The notes under the pieces: model-generated
Seen by the model: the letters and a program-made list of their open reading frames with translations, nothing else
The model's database searches: none
What the model was told of the DNA's origin: nothing
Translations under genes and position numbers: made by a program
Part shown: in pieces, positions 26,561 to 38,761 of the stretch
Layout: the number at the start of each line of letters is the position of its first letter
Numbering within the stretch: position 1 is the first letter of the stretch
From: Octopus sinensis
Lineage: Eukaryota
Assembly: GCF_006345805.1 (NCBI RefSeq)
Contig: NC_043008.1
Coordinates: 49,724,001-49,788,000 of the forward strand
Direction of reading: 5' to 3'
Length of the DNA stretch: 64,000 nucleotides

Positions 26561-26921
26561 CGGGAAGCTTTATGAAAATAAACAAAAGACGAAGGCAGGT
26601 GGAAAACAAACGAACAATTGTATTAGTATGGCGCTCAGGAAATATAAATAAAACAAGTCTTTAACGTTTCGAGCCTACGCTCTTCACAGAAAGATACATA
26701 GAGAGAGAAAAACACAGAAAGAAGGAGAGAAAAAAAATGCGTGCAGTAGCTAACGAATCAACATGATGCATCCTACACACATGCACATACTTTGGTAATG
26801 TCCCATTTCCTGTTCTTTAAACAAACACACACACAAATTCAAACACATATATGCACATAAACATAAGCCCACACACATATAAACACAAAAAGGAAATAGA
26901 TTAATAATATACAAGCTTTAC

Positions 26922-26985
26922 CTGATACAGAGTATGATGATGATGATGATCAAAAATGACGTGAGGACTGCAAAGAGGCCAATAA
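26922..26985 (-). CDS. Receptor gene: transmembrane exon (64 bp, phase 1-2)
   Basis: Acceptor TTTTCTTCTTTAG and donor AG|GTAAAG. Encodes V-IGLFAVLTSFLIIIIIILCI-R. Phases match both neighbouring exons. Confidence 0.9.
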
Positions 26986-27597
26986 CTAAAGAAGAAAACA
27001 ATAAGATACTCAATTAACCAACAGTTTATGTAAACTTAAACGGAACCTAATATATGTAACTTAATAATCAAAAGCAAAATTATCTTCATTAAAAATTACT
27101 AATATAATTAAAAGGAAATCTATAACTTTTTGTGATAATTGCTGTCAAAATAAAAATTGATAAAGAATTGAATGGAGACATGCTTTAGGAAGAGAGTCAG
27201 GTTATTGGTAAGTATGGAGCTTAACCCTCGGTATGTTTTGTCTTATTAGACCACTGCAGTAAAGTATAGTGATATCTGTTCTAACTAGATCTCAGATTCT
27301 TTCTGTTACATTGTACCATTAGAATTTTTAAACAGTTTGTTGAAGTAGTCTTTATTCCTTTTGAAGATTATTATTAATACAAATGATTTTTCTTTCAATA
27401 ATGAGTGTAAAATTTTTAACACTTAAATTCCTATACTATGACACTATACTACAAGTAAATAAACAAATTTTCACATTGTTCCAGGTTCCACGTTCAGTCC
27501 CACTACATTCCACCTTGGGCAAGTGTCTCTTACTATCGTGTCGGGCCAACCAAAACCTTACGAGTGGATTTGATAGATGGAAACTGAAAGAAGCCTG

Positions 27598-27651
<54 letters not shown>

Positions 27652-27663
27652 ATGATGATGATA

Positions 27664-29291
27664 CAGTTGCGGCCAAAATGTTCAGAACAGCATTGTTTTC
27701 AACAGAAAAGTAGGTATAAGTTTTTATCAAAGTTGTTTTATATTCTGTAATTTTCACACACAATAAATACAATATTAATTGTTATTGTCTGAGATTTTGG
27801 TGTAATTTGAGCGGATAATACAAAAGTTATGGATGATTTAGTGATTTACTGCAAAACCCATGGCGGCCAAAATGATCAGAACGGTTGCTTTTACTCCGTG
27901 TTTTAGTATATTTAACTGGCGAACTCTAATGTTTTGAATTTGTTTACGTGCTGGTTCGTTTATTAAACATTAGTAAGAATATCTGCAGTGTACTTTGTTA
28001 ATATAATGCCACTTACTCCATTACCAATTCGTCAGCAGATTATTAAGCTTCGCAAGAAGGATAATTTAAGTATTGGGTCTATTGCAAAGATTGTTAACAA
28101 GTCAAAAAGTGTTTTTCATGGTATTCTTAAGGTCTTCGATGATTGTGGTTCATGTAAAGCAAGAAAGTCTACAGGTAGGCCAAGAAAAACGACCAAGAGA
28201 GAAGATTGTGCTATGGTAAAGTTGGTTAAAAAGGACAGATTTAAAACTGCTGCTGCTGTTTCTCGGGAAATGAGCATTGTACTGAAGAAAACGTTATGTC
28301 GAAAAACTGTGTTTCATCATTTAGTTGAACATAACCTACAAGCAAGATCACCTGCAGTGAAGCCACTGATCAGCTCCAAAAATAAAAAGTGTCGTCTTAC
28401 CTTTGCAACCGAACATGTGTTGTGGTCTCAAGAAAAATGGCAAACGGTGCATTTCAGTGATGAATCTAAGTTTATGTTATTTGGCTCAGATGGGAAAAGG
28501 TACGTTCATTGAAAAGTAGGTGAAAAATTGTCGCCTAAATGCCTTAAGACTGTGTTAAATTCAGTGGAGGAAGTGTCTTGATTTGGGGAATGATATCTGG
28601 AGATGGTGTGGGCTCTTTGGTGCGATTACATGGAAAGGTAAATGCAGGAGTTTATAGACAACTTGTAAAAGATCATGTCTTGCCTGTGCTGAGAAATTCA
28701 ACTAAGCGACCACCCATATTCATGCAGGACAATGCCCCATGTCACAAGGCTAAGGTGGTCATGAACTTCCTCAAGGCTGAAAAGGTTATTATTATGGATT
28801 GGCCTGCTCAAAGCCCAGATCTCAATCCTATTGAAAATGTGTGGAATATTCTAGGAGAAAGTTTGAAAGCCAGAAATCCTAAAACAACCGAGCAATTATG
28901 GAATGCCCTTCAGGAAGAATGGAATAAGATCACCTAGCAAGAAATTGAAAATTTTATTTCCTCATGCAGTCGAAGATGTCAAAGTGTGATTGAAGCTAAA
29001 GGGCTTCACACTAAATATTAAATAATTCCAGTATTCTCTGTCATTTTTGATTATTTTGTTATGTTTTCAACCGTTCTGATAATTTTGCCCGCCATAGGTT
29101 TTGCAGTAAATCACTAAATCATCCATACCTTTTGTATTATCCTCTCAAATTACATCAAAATCTCAGACAATAACAATTAATATTGTATTTATTGTCTGTG
29201 AAAATTGTAGAACATAAAACAATTTTGTTAAAAACTAATACCTACTTTTCTGGCAAAAACAATGCCGTTCTGAACATTTTCGCTGCAAAAG
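27664..29291 (+). mobile_element. Full-length Tc1-family transposon (DD34E), inactivated
   Basis: TA flanks and TIRs of about 225 bp with inner/outer direct repeats. Transposase 28006..29021 has HFSDESKF, FMQDNAPCH and SPDLNPIENVW, with stops at 28510 and 28935 and a frameshift. Confidence 0.95.
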
Positions 29292-29300
29292 TATATATAT

Positions 29301-29333
<33 letters not shown>

Positions 29334-29608
29334 GGTGCATGTGTGTCTTTGTACATTTCCAGCCACTGCTTGACAACTGGTATTGGTGTATTTACATGCC
29401 CATAACTTAATTCAGCAAAACACACCGATAGAATAAGTATCAGGCTTAAAGGATATTAAGTACTGAGGTCGTTTAGTTTGACTAGAATTCTTCAAGGTGG
29501 TGCCCCCAGCATGGCTACAATCTAATGACTGAAACAAGTAAAAGGTAAAAGGTAAAAGAATTCAATAATAAATCTCTGAGCGAGATATAAACAGTAGCAG
29601 CATGACAT

Positions 29609-29958
29609 CGTGAAGTATATTTGCCACCTAAATGTGGCTAACCCTTAAGGGTTGATGCTACTGACTCGAGATCAGTGACTTTTCGTCACAGGAAAAAGTA
29701 TATATTTGCATTGAGAATCATTTCCCATTGCCAACCGGTGGTTGTCATAAGCTGATGACAGGTCAATACCCAGAAACTCGGGTTCATATGTATCACGTCA
29801 GGCTGGAGATGGGAATGATGACTTCCCTTTGCAAATACTGATAGAGCACAGATAGTGTGTCAATAGCCAGCTGGAGGAGATGATTTTCTGGGGCTACAAA
29901 CTACAGTAGCATCGACCCTTAAGGGTTAACCACATTTGGGTGGCAAATATACTTCATG
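29609..29958. mobile_element. MITE with ~55-bp TIRs
   Basis: 29609..29663 (CGTGAAGTATATTTGCCACCTAAATGTGGCTAACCCTTAAGGGTTGATGCTACTG) is the reverse complement of 29904..29958 with about 4 mismatches. Confidence 0.85.
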
Positions 29959-30660
29959 TAAAAGAATTCATTCTGAAGAAAATGAGAAACTGTCTAATGT
30001 AAAGGAGAAAACTCTAATCCTTTCTCAATCAATTTGTTCTTTCACAGAATCATTACAAAGCTGGACTTTGACTTGGACAGTTTTCAGTATGATATTAAGA
30101 GTTAATTAGATATTTTGGTGTGGGTGTGTTACTACATTAAGTTTGTTAACCTCACTTAACTCTCTGTCCTTCATTCAGATATTCTTAGTGCAGTTATTAA
30201 ACTGCAAAACATCAGCTTAAGAAGGACAAATTTATTCAACTGAATTCTTCATTATTTCCAACATTAATTAAAACAAAGACTATTTGAATAGTAATGTGGT
30301 AACAAAAGGTTAAACTCATTCAGATATTCTTGATGCAGTTATTAAATTGTCATTAAATTTAGAGTTGAGTTTTGAGAAAAGCCAGTTTCTATTGCTATCA
30401 AACAATGATATGATGTGAAACAGATTTTCAACACTTGACATTAAGTGGATACCATTCCAATGATAGTCAGAGAATAATTAAAGAGTCTCTAACTTCCTAA
30501 TATCCTCTCAAGGCTTCAGTTAGTTGGCGCAGTGCTATAATGAATGACATCTGCTCTTGGTGTTGTGCAATGGGACTGAAATCAGAGCGATGAGGTTGCC
30601 AAATGAAAACTTGATAAACAAAAATTATGAGATGATACATGAAAAAATGAAAATAATTAC

Positions 30661-30702
30661 CTATTATTATGGAGACATTTGTTTCATTCCTGTGTAGTTT
30701 CT
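30661..30702 (-). CDS. Receptor gene: stalk exon (42 bp, phase 1-1)
   Basis: Acceptor TCTACTTTTCAG and donor G|GTAATT. Encodes E-KLHRNETNVSIII with N-x-T/S sequons, leading into the TM segment. Confidence 0.85.
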
Positions 30703-31099
30703 CTGAAAAGTAGACAAAATATTTATTAGAAATTGGCAAAAATATCTCTGAAACACTCTAACACAATTATTGATCTGAGAAGTTCAATCCTGTTTCATGT
30801 AAAGATTGTCCATTTCAATCATTGATGCCACCAATTTGGGAGAACCATTCAGTTTATGATAAATTCTTGGAAACAAGAAATAGTTGATGACAACATCAAA
30901 TGATGAACAGATAGCTAACATCATCATCGGCATCATTTTGATATCAACTTTTCAATTCTTGCATGGAACAGATGGAATTTATTGAGGCAGGTTTTCTATG
31001 ACTAGATGCTCTTCCAGTTACCAACATACGTGTGTGTTTGTGTGTGTGTATCCAAATATATTTACACACAGATGTGTATGTATGTGTGTTTGTATAAGA

Positions 31100-34090
31100 T
31101 GGCTGCTTATAAATGCCAAAACCTTCCCAGGCGAAGAATGTACCACAGGCTGGTAGTTAGTGACTTCTGGGTAAGGGCTAAATGGTTGCCCAGAAAACGA
31201 CCAGCAAGGAGAAGAAGGGTCTGGAGACTTATAGATCTCGCAAATGGACAGAGATTTAGAGACATATTACTCGAAGCCTTTGACGAAATAGAAGGGGATA
31301 TAGCTTCACATGGTATAGAAGACAACTGGAGGTTCCTACGGGACAACCTGCTAAGGGCCACCGACCAGATCTGTGGATGGTGCAAAGTCCCCTCTCGACC
31401 CAAAATAACGTGGTGGTGGAACAATGTTATTGACAGGGCTATTAGACAAAAGAAACAGGCTTGGAAGAACGGTGGTAGCAGGGAAGTGTATCAGACTGCC
31501 AGATGGGAAGCTAGGAGGTAGGTTTATTTAGCCAGAGGGGAAGCAGATAAGAAAAAATTGGCCAATGTTCTGTGCTGCAAGGACGAAAGACTTGAGGTAT
31601 TTCGTGTTGTAAGACAGTGTGTGAGAGAGAATTGTGATGTGGTAGGAGAGAAATGTGTTTGCATGGATGATGATTCACTTGCGCTAAATGAGGATGCAAA
31701 GAGAGAGGTTTGGAGATGCCACTATGAAAGGTTCCTGAATAAAGAAAATGAATGGGAGAAAGAGAGTCTGCCGAATGTCGACCCAACAGAGGGATCAGCT
31801 ATCCGAGTTTACAGTAACTTGTAGATAAAGCAATTAGAAGTATGAAGACAGGGAAAGCCCCAGGCCCATCGGGAATTACTGCAGAGATGCTCAAAATATC
31901 TTGCAATGTCGGCTATTGCCTAGTCACCCATATAGTTAACCAGGTGATACACGAAGGACTCATACCCAATGACTGGTGTAGCAGAATAATAGTTAACTGC
32001 GACAAAGGTAAAGGTGACTCTTTAGATACAAATAATTACAGAGGTATCAGTTGGATCAGGTAATGAAGGTCACGGAGAGGGTCATAGCCCAACTAATTAG
32101 GGAGAGAGTCAGTCTAAATGAGATGCAGTTTGGGTTCGTGCCAGGGAAAAGCACCACTGATGCCATATTTCTGGTAAGACAGCTGCAGGAGAAGTACCTA
32201 GCTAAAGATAAGCCCCTGTACCTGGCTTTCGTTGACATGGAGAAAGCCTTTGACAGGGTGCCCCGATCCCTTATCTGGTGGTCAATGAAGAAACTAGGGA
32301 TAGATGAATGGTTAGTGAGAGCGGTGCAAGCCATGTACAGGGACGCTGTAAGTAAGGTAAGGGTTGGTAATGAGTACACTGAAGAATTCAGGGTAGATGT
32401 AGGGGTCCACCAAGGGTCAGCCCTCAGCCCCCTCCTATTTATCATAGTACTCCAGGCAATAACGGAGGAATTCAAGACAGGATGCCCCTGGGAGCTCCTC
32501 TATGCTGATGACCTTGCTCTAATTGCTGAGTCACTATTAGAACTAGAGGAGAAGTTTCAGGCGTGGAAACAAGGATTAAAATTGAAGGGCCTTAGAGTCA
32601 ACCTAGCTAAAACCAAAGTCCTAATAAGTAGGAAGGCAGGTAAACCACAAAACCCTTCAGGTGAATGGCCCTGCTTGATCCGTAGAAAAGGCGTAGGTAG
32701 AAACTCCATAAGATGTACCCAGTGTAAGCTATGGACACATAGGAGGTGCAGCAATATCAAAGGGAGGCTAACTGGGAAGATAGATTTTGTGTGTGGCAAA
32801 TGCTCAGATGCTATGAACCCTGAAACTGTGCAGAGAACAGCTTCTGTCACATTCCTGGGAGAAAAACTAGAAGTAGTTGATAGCTTCCGTTACCTGGGTG
32901 ATCAAGTCAGTAGTGGAGGAGGGTGCACTGAAAGTGTAGCTGCTAGAATAAGAATATCTTGGTCAAAGTTCAATGAGCTCTTACCTCTGCTGGTGACAAA
33001 GGGCCTCTCGCTCATAGTAAAATGTAGACTGTATGACGCATGCGTACGAACAGCCATGCTACATGGCAGTGAAACATGGGCTGTGACTGCTGAGGACATG
33101 TGTAAGCTCGCAAGGAATGAAGCCAGTATGATCTGATGGACGTGTACTGTCAGTGTGCATACTTGACAGAGTGTAAGTACCTTGAGAGAAATGTTGGACC
33201 TAAGAAGCATCAGATGAGGTGTGCAAGAGAGGCATCTACGCTGGTATGTTCATGTGGCGAGAATGAATGTGGACAGCTGTGTGATAAAATCCCACACCCT
33301 AGCGGTTGAGGGAACCTGCGGAAGAGGTAGACCCAGGAAGACCTGGGATGAAGTGGTGAAGCACCGCCTTCAAACTTTAGGCCTCACCGAGGAAATGACT
33401 AGTGACCAAGACTTTTGGAAATATGCTGTGCTTGAGAAGACCCAGCAAGCCAAATGAGACCATAATCTCGTGGCCTATGCCAGGGGCGTTACCAGCCCTC
33501 TTATGCGTACCTTTTCCTTCTTTGGACAGTAAAACTCTGCTTGCAAAGACCTGTTGAGGCAAGTGAAATCAAAGATTTAAAATCAGAAATCAAAATCAAA
33601 TTTGATGACTGGCATCCCTGCTAGCGGGGTGCAAAAAATGTCATCATTGACAGAGCGGCTAACTGGCTTCCATGCCAGTGGCACTTAAAAGGCACCATTC
33701 GAGCGTGATCATTACCAGTGTCGCCTTAAAGAACATCATCCGAGTGTGATCTTTGCCAGAGCGACTATCTGGCCTCCATGCCGGTGGCATGTAAAAGACA
33801 CCATTCGCGCGTGATCGTTACCAGCATCGCCTTACTGGCACCTGTGCTGGTGGCATGTGTAAAAGATTCGAGTGAGGTCGTTGCCAGTACCACCTGACTG
33901 GCCCCATGCCGGTGGCACGTAAAAGCACCCACTACACTCTCGGAGTGGTTGGTGTTAGGAAGGGCATCCAGCTGTAGAAACTCTGGCAGATCAAGATTGA
34001 AACCTGGTGCAGCCATCTGGTTCGCCAGCCCTCAGTCATTCGTCCAACCCATGCTAGCATGGAAAGCAGATGCTAAACGATGATGATGAT
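31100..34090 (+). mobile_element. RTE-clade LINE, 5'-truncated, RT with stops and frameshifts
   Basis: ORF 32051..33136 has QFGFVPGKSTTDAIF, FVDMEKAFDRVP, QGSALSPLLF and YADD. The 3' UTR carries GCCGGTGGCACGTAAAAGCACC-type repeats and a (GAT)n tail. Confidence 0.97.
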
Positions 34091-34177
34091 GAATTGAATG
34101 TATGTGTGTGTCCATATATACTGATGCTGATAACTGGCATTTAAAATGAACAATATTTAAGTATGACAATTTCAGAC

Positions 34178-34289
34178 CTTTTGTTATTCCTTTTGTTATT
34201 CGAGAAAATTTTGTCACAGAGAAATTCTGATATTTTCTTTCTACATTTGTTTTGAATTGATACTCCGAGTAATTGCTGATCACACTTAT
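34178..34289 (-). CDS. Receptor gene: domain-4 second exon (112 bp, phase 0-1)
   Basis: Acceptor CTATAATTTCAG and weak donor G|GTCTGA. Reads ISVISNYSEYQFKTNVERKYQNFSVTKFSRITKGITK. Phases fit both neighbours. Confidence 0.6.
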
Positions 34290-34393
34290 CTGAAATTATA
34301 GATTTGAAACATCAAATTCACTTTCATAAAACATGCAATGTGCTTGCCTATAATATTTAAATATTTTAAAATATGTATAGAAAATATTTGTAC

Positions 34394-34623
34394 TTCATTG
34401 ATTCTCAGAAGTTTATCCAAAAAGTGGAATTTTAATTTCATGATTTCATTTTTCTCATATGTCTTCAGATTAAAATATTTGATATAAGTATTTCCATAAG
34501 GATAAACATATTTCCATTGTAAATTTCTAGTGAAAGAAGAAGATAGAGTGTCTTGAATTATTTCCACATCGAAATTTCTTTCATGTTCTTCAGGAGAAAT
34601 AACTTTCAACAACCAATTTTTGC
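34394..34623 (-). CDS. Receptor gene: domain-4 first exon (230 bp, phase 1-0)
   Basis: Acceptor TTTATATTTCAG. Reads S-KNWLLKVISPEE...DKLLRINE. The 3' boundary (GAA|GTACAA) is a weak donor; a GC donor at 34348 is an alternative. Confidence 0.75.
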
Positions 34624-34859
34624 CTGAAATATAAATTTAGAAAATAAGTCTTTTAGTGTGCGTGCTTATGTATGTATACACACGCACACACATGCACACA
34701 CACAAACACACACACATTTTGTGTATATATACAGCGACTTCCTAAAAGTCTATACTCAATTTTCATTTCTTTTTAGATTTAACCCATTAAAAATAATCTG
34801 TAAACAAAATAAAATTTGTTCTAAGTGCTACTGGAAGTTTAGGAGAGAGTTTTAAAACA

Positions 34860-35780
34860 GATACACTATACAATTTACCATCATTGTGAACCAATTGGAA
34901 CTGTTCAGAATATCCACAAGAAATGTTCCAGAAGACTGGACATTGTCGAGTCCCACAAAGCAAGAAAGGGCACTAGAAACATATTGCTGGAGTTCCAGAA
35001 AATCTCTGGCAAGCAAGTCATGAGGCGTTTGTTTCAAAATCAAGTGTTCACATTTTCAAGCACTGTCAGTGGAAAAGTTACATTCCAAGAATAGTCCATG
35101 TTCTCGAGTGGAGTTTTATGAGTGGCACTTGGTAAGATGTGTAGAAGAGGTATTCTTTCCAACAAAGATTGGAGTGACGAGGCTACATTTAAATTAAATG
35201 GCCTAATTAACAACCACAACTGCACCTATTAGGGACCTGAGAATTTAAATATTATAGAAGAATCTCATGTTAATTTACTAGGAGTAGCATTATGGTGTAG
35301 CTTATCAACAAAAGGATTCATTGGACCATTCTTTTTTTGACAGTATTGCAATTGGTCCCATTTACTTGAACTTGGTGCAACAATCTGTCATACCAAGCAT
35401 TCAAGGAGACTTTGAAGATGTGGAGTTTTATTTTCTGCTAGCTGGGGCACCCCAACACTTCCATAGTTATATAAGAGCCTACTGGGATGACATTCTGTCA
35501 AACAGGTGGATTGGAAGAGGAGGTTCTGTAGAATATCTTCTACATTCACCAGACCTCACTCCCTGTGACATTTTTTATGGGGATACTTAAAAGATAATGT
35601 CTACAATACAAAATTAGCAGCTATTGATAATCTGAGACTAGACATTGAACAAAATTGTACACAAATACCAAATGAAATATATTTTTGATATGTTGCAACT
35701 TCATAGCTCCAAGTTATCAGCAGTGCCTGGGGCAGAATGGTCATCATTTTGAGAACAGGCATTCATAAAAAAATTAAATA
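34860..35780 (+). mobile_element. Decayed IS630-Tc1-mariner transposase (SPDLTPxD type)
   Basis: [11 protein letters not shown] near 35170, IGPFFF, and [11 protein letters not shown] in ORF 35321..35590; multiple stops. Confidence 0.75.
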
Positions 35781-35886
35781 TTTGAAATCTAAGCATCTTT
35801 TTCCTTAAATTTCCTTAATTTCACATTTCTAATGCTGCCTTGAATCATTACAAAAGGGTTAACTCCCTTCTAATAGCTGTACCACA

Positions 35887-37720
35887 TACACTGGCCAAAA
35901 TAAGTTTCAGAGCAATGATGATAGTTCTATTCCTTCATTAATTCATTTTTAACAAAGCTGTATAAAATTATTTTACTTTTTACAGTCTATGTAGAATTTT
36001 TTCTCTTTTGAATGATATAAGTGTTATATATCTTTCTACAATTTGAATAATTTTAATGCACAAAATAAGTTTAAGACCATACCAACATTATTTTGTTTAA
36101 ATTGAAAATTTACAGCAGAAATGATCAATGAACAAAAATTTATTATTAGTATCGAGTTCTATGTGGGATGACGTTAGCAGCTGGGGAGCTGACCGGAAGG
36201 GGCAGGAGGGACGCGCACGCAGGCAGGGCAGGATTCGGCCTTTTTCAATTGACGTCACCGAGCGAGTAAGACACGTGAGCAATTTGTTAAGGTAGGGGAG
36301 AAGCAGCTGCTATTTCTAGTGTTTGGGTTGGGCTGCGTTGAAGGATCTATTATCGCTGAAAGGTCTTCGTTTGAGCAAAGAGAAGGTAGGTGCCTTTATT
36401 TCGAATCTCTCGCATACACCACATTCTATAGCCATTATTTTCAATTACAGCCTTACAACGGTGGGACATGGTGTTCAACAGTTGAGCACAAAATTCACTT
36501 GGAATGTTCTGCCATATTCCTTCAATAAAATTATATAATAGGGACAAATTTGTTGGTTTTTTTAGCATGAATTCCTTTAGAAACATAATTCCATATGTTT
36601 TCTATCAGATTCAAATCTGGGCTCTGTGGAGGCCACTCAATAACCACCATATTAATGCACTCAAAATATTGCAAAACTTCCCTAGCCTTATGAACAGGGC
36701 AATTGTCCTGCTGGAAAATAGATCTCCTTGGCATCTGATTATTTAAATATGGCAGCACATTTTCATTTACTAATTGCAGCTAACCTATACTGTTCAGTCT
36801 GCCATCAACCTAAGTTATTGATTGTAGCATACACCATTACCCCACCACCTGCTGCTCGCATGGTTTTCTTGACACATTTAGGATGGAATTCTTCAGTTGA
36901 ACGGTATCTAAAATAAGTCTATCCATCTGATCCAAAGATACAGAAGTGGGATTCATTGCTCCAAAATCTTTTGGCTAGTCTTCGGCTGTCCATTCAATAT
37001 GGCTTTTAGCAAACTTCATCTGCTTCTGCCAGTTAGTCGCAGAAATTATCAGCTTTTTTCAAGAGATCCAGCCAAACAGTCCAAATTTTTAGACTGTTTC
37101 TGACAGTTTGTGGTGTAAAGTTCATGTCAGTTTCATCAGATAATTGCTTGCAAACGTCCACTGTTGTTAGCATTTGGTTACCTTGAGAGAGCCTATGAAT
37201 TCAGCAATCCATCTATACTGTTGCTTTTCTTGGCGTACCCATTTTTTGCCAATCTTTGTATCGGCTAGTGGCTTGATAAAGCCTCCATGCTTGAACACAA
37301 GCCATTTTACTGTGTCCTAATTGCTTGCTAGTGTTCACAAAGGACACATTTTGCTGATGAAGCAGCATGATCTTCGATCTAGTGATTGGGCTGATACTAC
37401 AACGCTTTCCCATAGTGAATTAATGTGTAACAATGTTCAATTATTAAACAAAGCAGTGCAGTACGACCAGCCATATGACCACACATTTATTTAGCTTATT
37501 AATTTGCATAGTTTTGGTTTGGTCTTAAACTTATTTTGCCAACAATTTCTAACAATTTCATTTAATTGCATATTAACATTATTTGAATTGTAGAAAGATA
37601 TATAATACCTATATCATTCGAAAGAGAAACAAATTCTACATAAACTATAAAAAGTAAAATAATTTTATACAGCTTTGTTAAAAATACATCAATGGAGGAA
37701 TAGAACTGTCATCATGATTT
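35887..37720 (-). mobile_element. Tc1-family transposon, decayed, with ~200-bp TIRs and a nested solo LTR
   Basis: 35887..36085 is inverted at about 37515..37720. Fragments MGKRCSISP..., IFQQDNCPVH and SPDLNLIENIW on the minus strand. Confidence 0.85.
36162..36423 (+). mobile_element. Solo LTR (262 bp), same family as 47164..48369
   Basis: TG...CA termini with a 5-bp TSD TTCTA at 36157-61 and 36424-28. Confidence 0.92.
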
Positions 37721-37741
37721 AGTTGTTCAATGAAATCTTAC

Positions 37742-37835
37742 TTTTCTGTAGTTTACATGAATATTTAGCTGGGATTGTCTTATGTATGTTAACACAACCG
37801 TATTCTTCTTTAGTATGTATTCTTGTCAAGACAAT
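37742..37835 (-). CDS. Receptor gene: domain-3 second exon (94 bp, phase 0-1)
   Basis: Acceptor ATGATTTTTCAG and donor A|GTAAGA. IVLTRIHTKEEYGCVNIHKTIPAKYSCKLQK has the same length and Y-x-C...C spacing as exon 49163..49256. Confidence 0.85.
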
Positions 37836-38282
37836 CTGAAAAATCATAATAATAATGAAATTATTGTATACAGTGCTCAGGTATACCACCATCATAAAAG
37901 AAAATTTCAAGCTGATTAGTTTTAATACATATTTAAATTAACACAAATGTCTACATTGATAGAAGAGCAGTTTTTGACTTTATGAGTCTGGTCCATTCAT
38001 TTTATCTGCGTGAGAGAGAGGACTTTTGTCATTATACACACTCACACACACATGTGCATACACACACATATACACATGCATACACATTCAGGAACACACA
38101 CACACATGTAGACACACACACATATACATATATGAAAAGTGAGAACATTAATTGTGAATAATAACCTACTCAGACTGTGGTGTACCAATCCAACCCATGC
38201 CAGCATCAAAAGAGGTCATAAAAGGATGATAACAATGATAGTGGTGGTGATAATGATGATGATGATGAGGATTATGTATCTT

Positions 38283-38316
<34 letters not shown>

Positions 38317-38761
38317 AACATACTCAAATACATACACACTGACACCTACACAATATAATTACTCCAGTTAATGAGGGAAGCCTCTATGTGATGAGTTGAC
38401 TGTCTATAAATAAATGTCAAATCTCCTTTAAATCACATTAGCTGGTTGGTGTTACGAAGGTTATCCAGCTGCAGAAACCATGCCAAATCAGACTAGAGTT
38501 TGGTGCAGTCCCACAGCTTACTAGCCCTGGTCAAACCATCCAACCCAAACCATGGATAATGGACGTTAAATGATGATGATGTTGTACTGTCTTAGAAAAG
38601 AAGGACACACTGAATAAAGGTCACGAGTACATACATCTGGGAAATGAACATGGTGGTCATAGTTGAATGTATTTGAATCTAGGTTCACTGAATCAAGACT
38701 GATCAGGGCTTTAACAATAACAATGACAGTAAATAAATAAATAAATAAATAAATCTTTAAT

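Noticed and set aside
34348-34393. Longer domain-4 exon ending at a GC donor (ATAG|GCAAGC)
   Set aside because: In frame, but it needs a non-canonical donor and the extension is AT-rich and intron-like. The GT model with exon 34178..34289 matches the two-exon pattern of the other domains. Not fully excluded.
38635-38720. Exon-like segment with a GTATGT donor at the left edge of the array
   Set aside because: No acceptor gives a phase 0-1 open frame; exon 37742..37835 is the clear partner.
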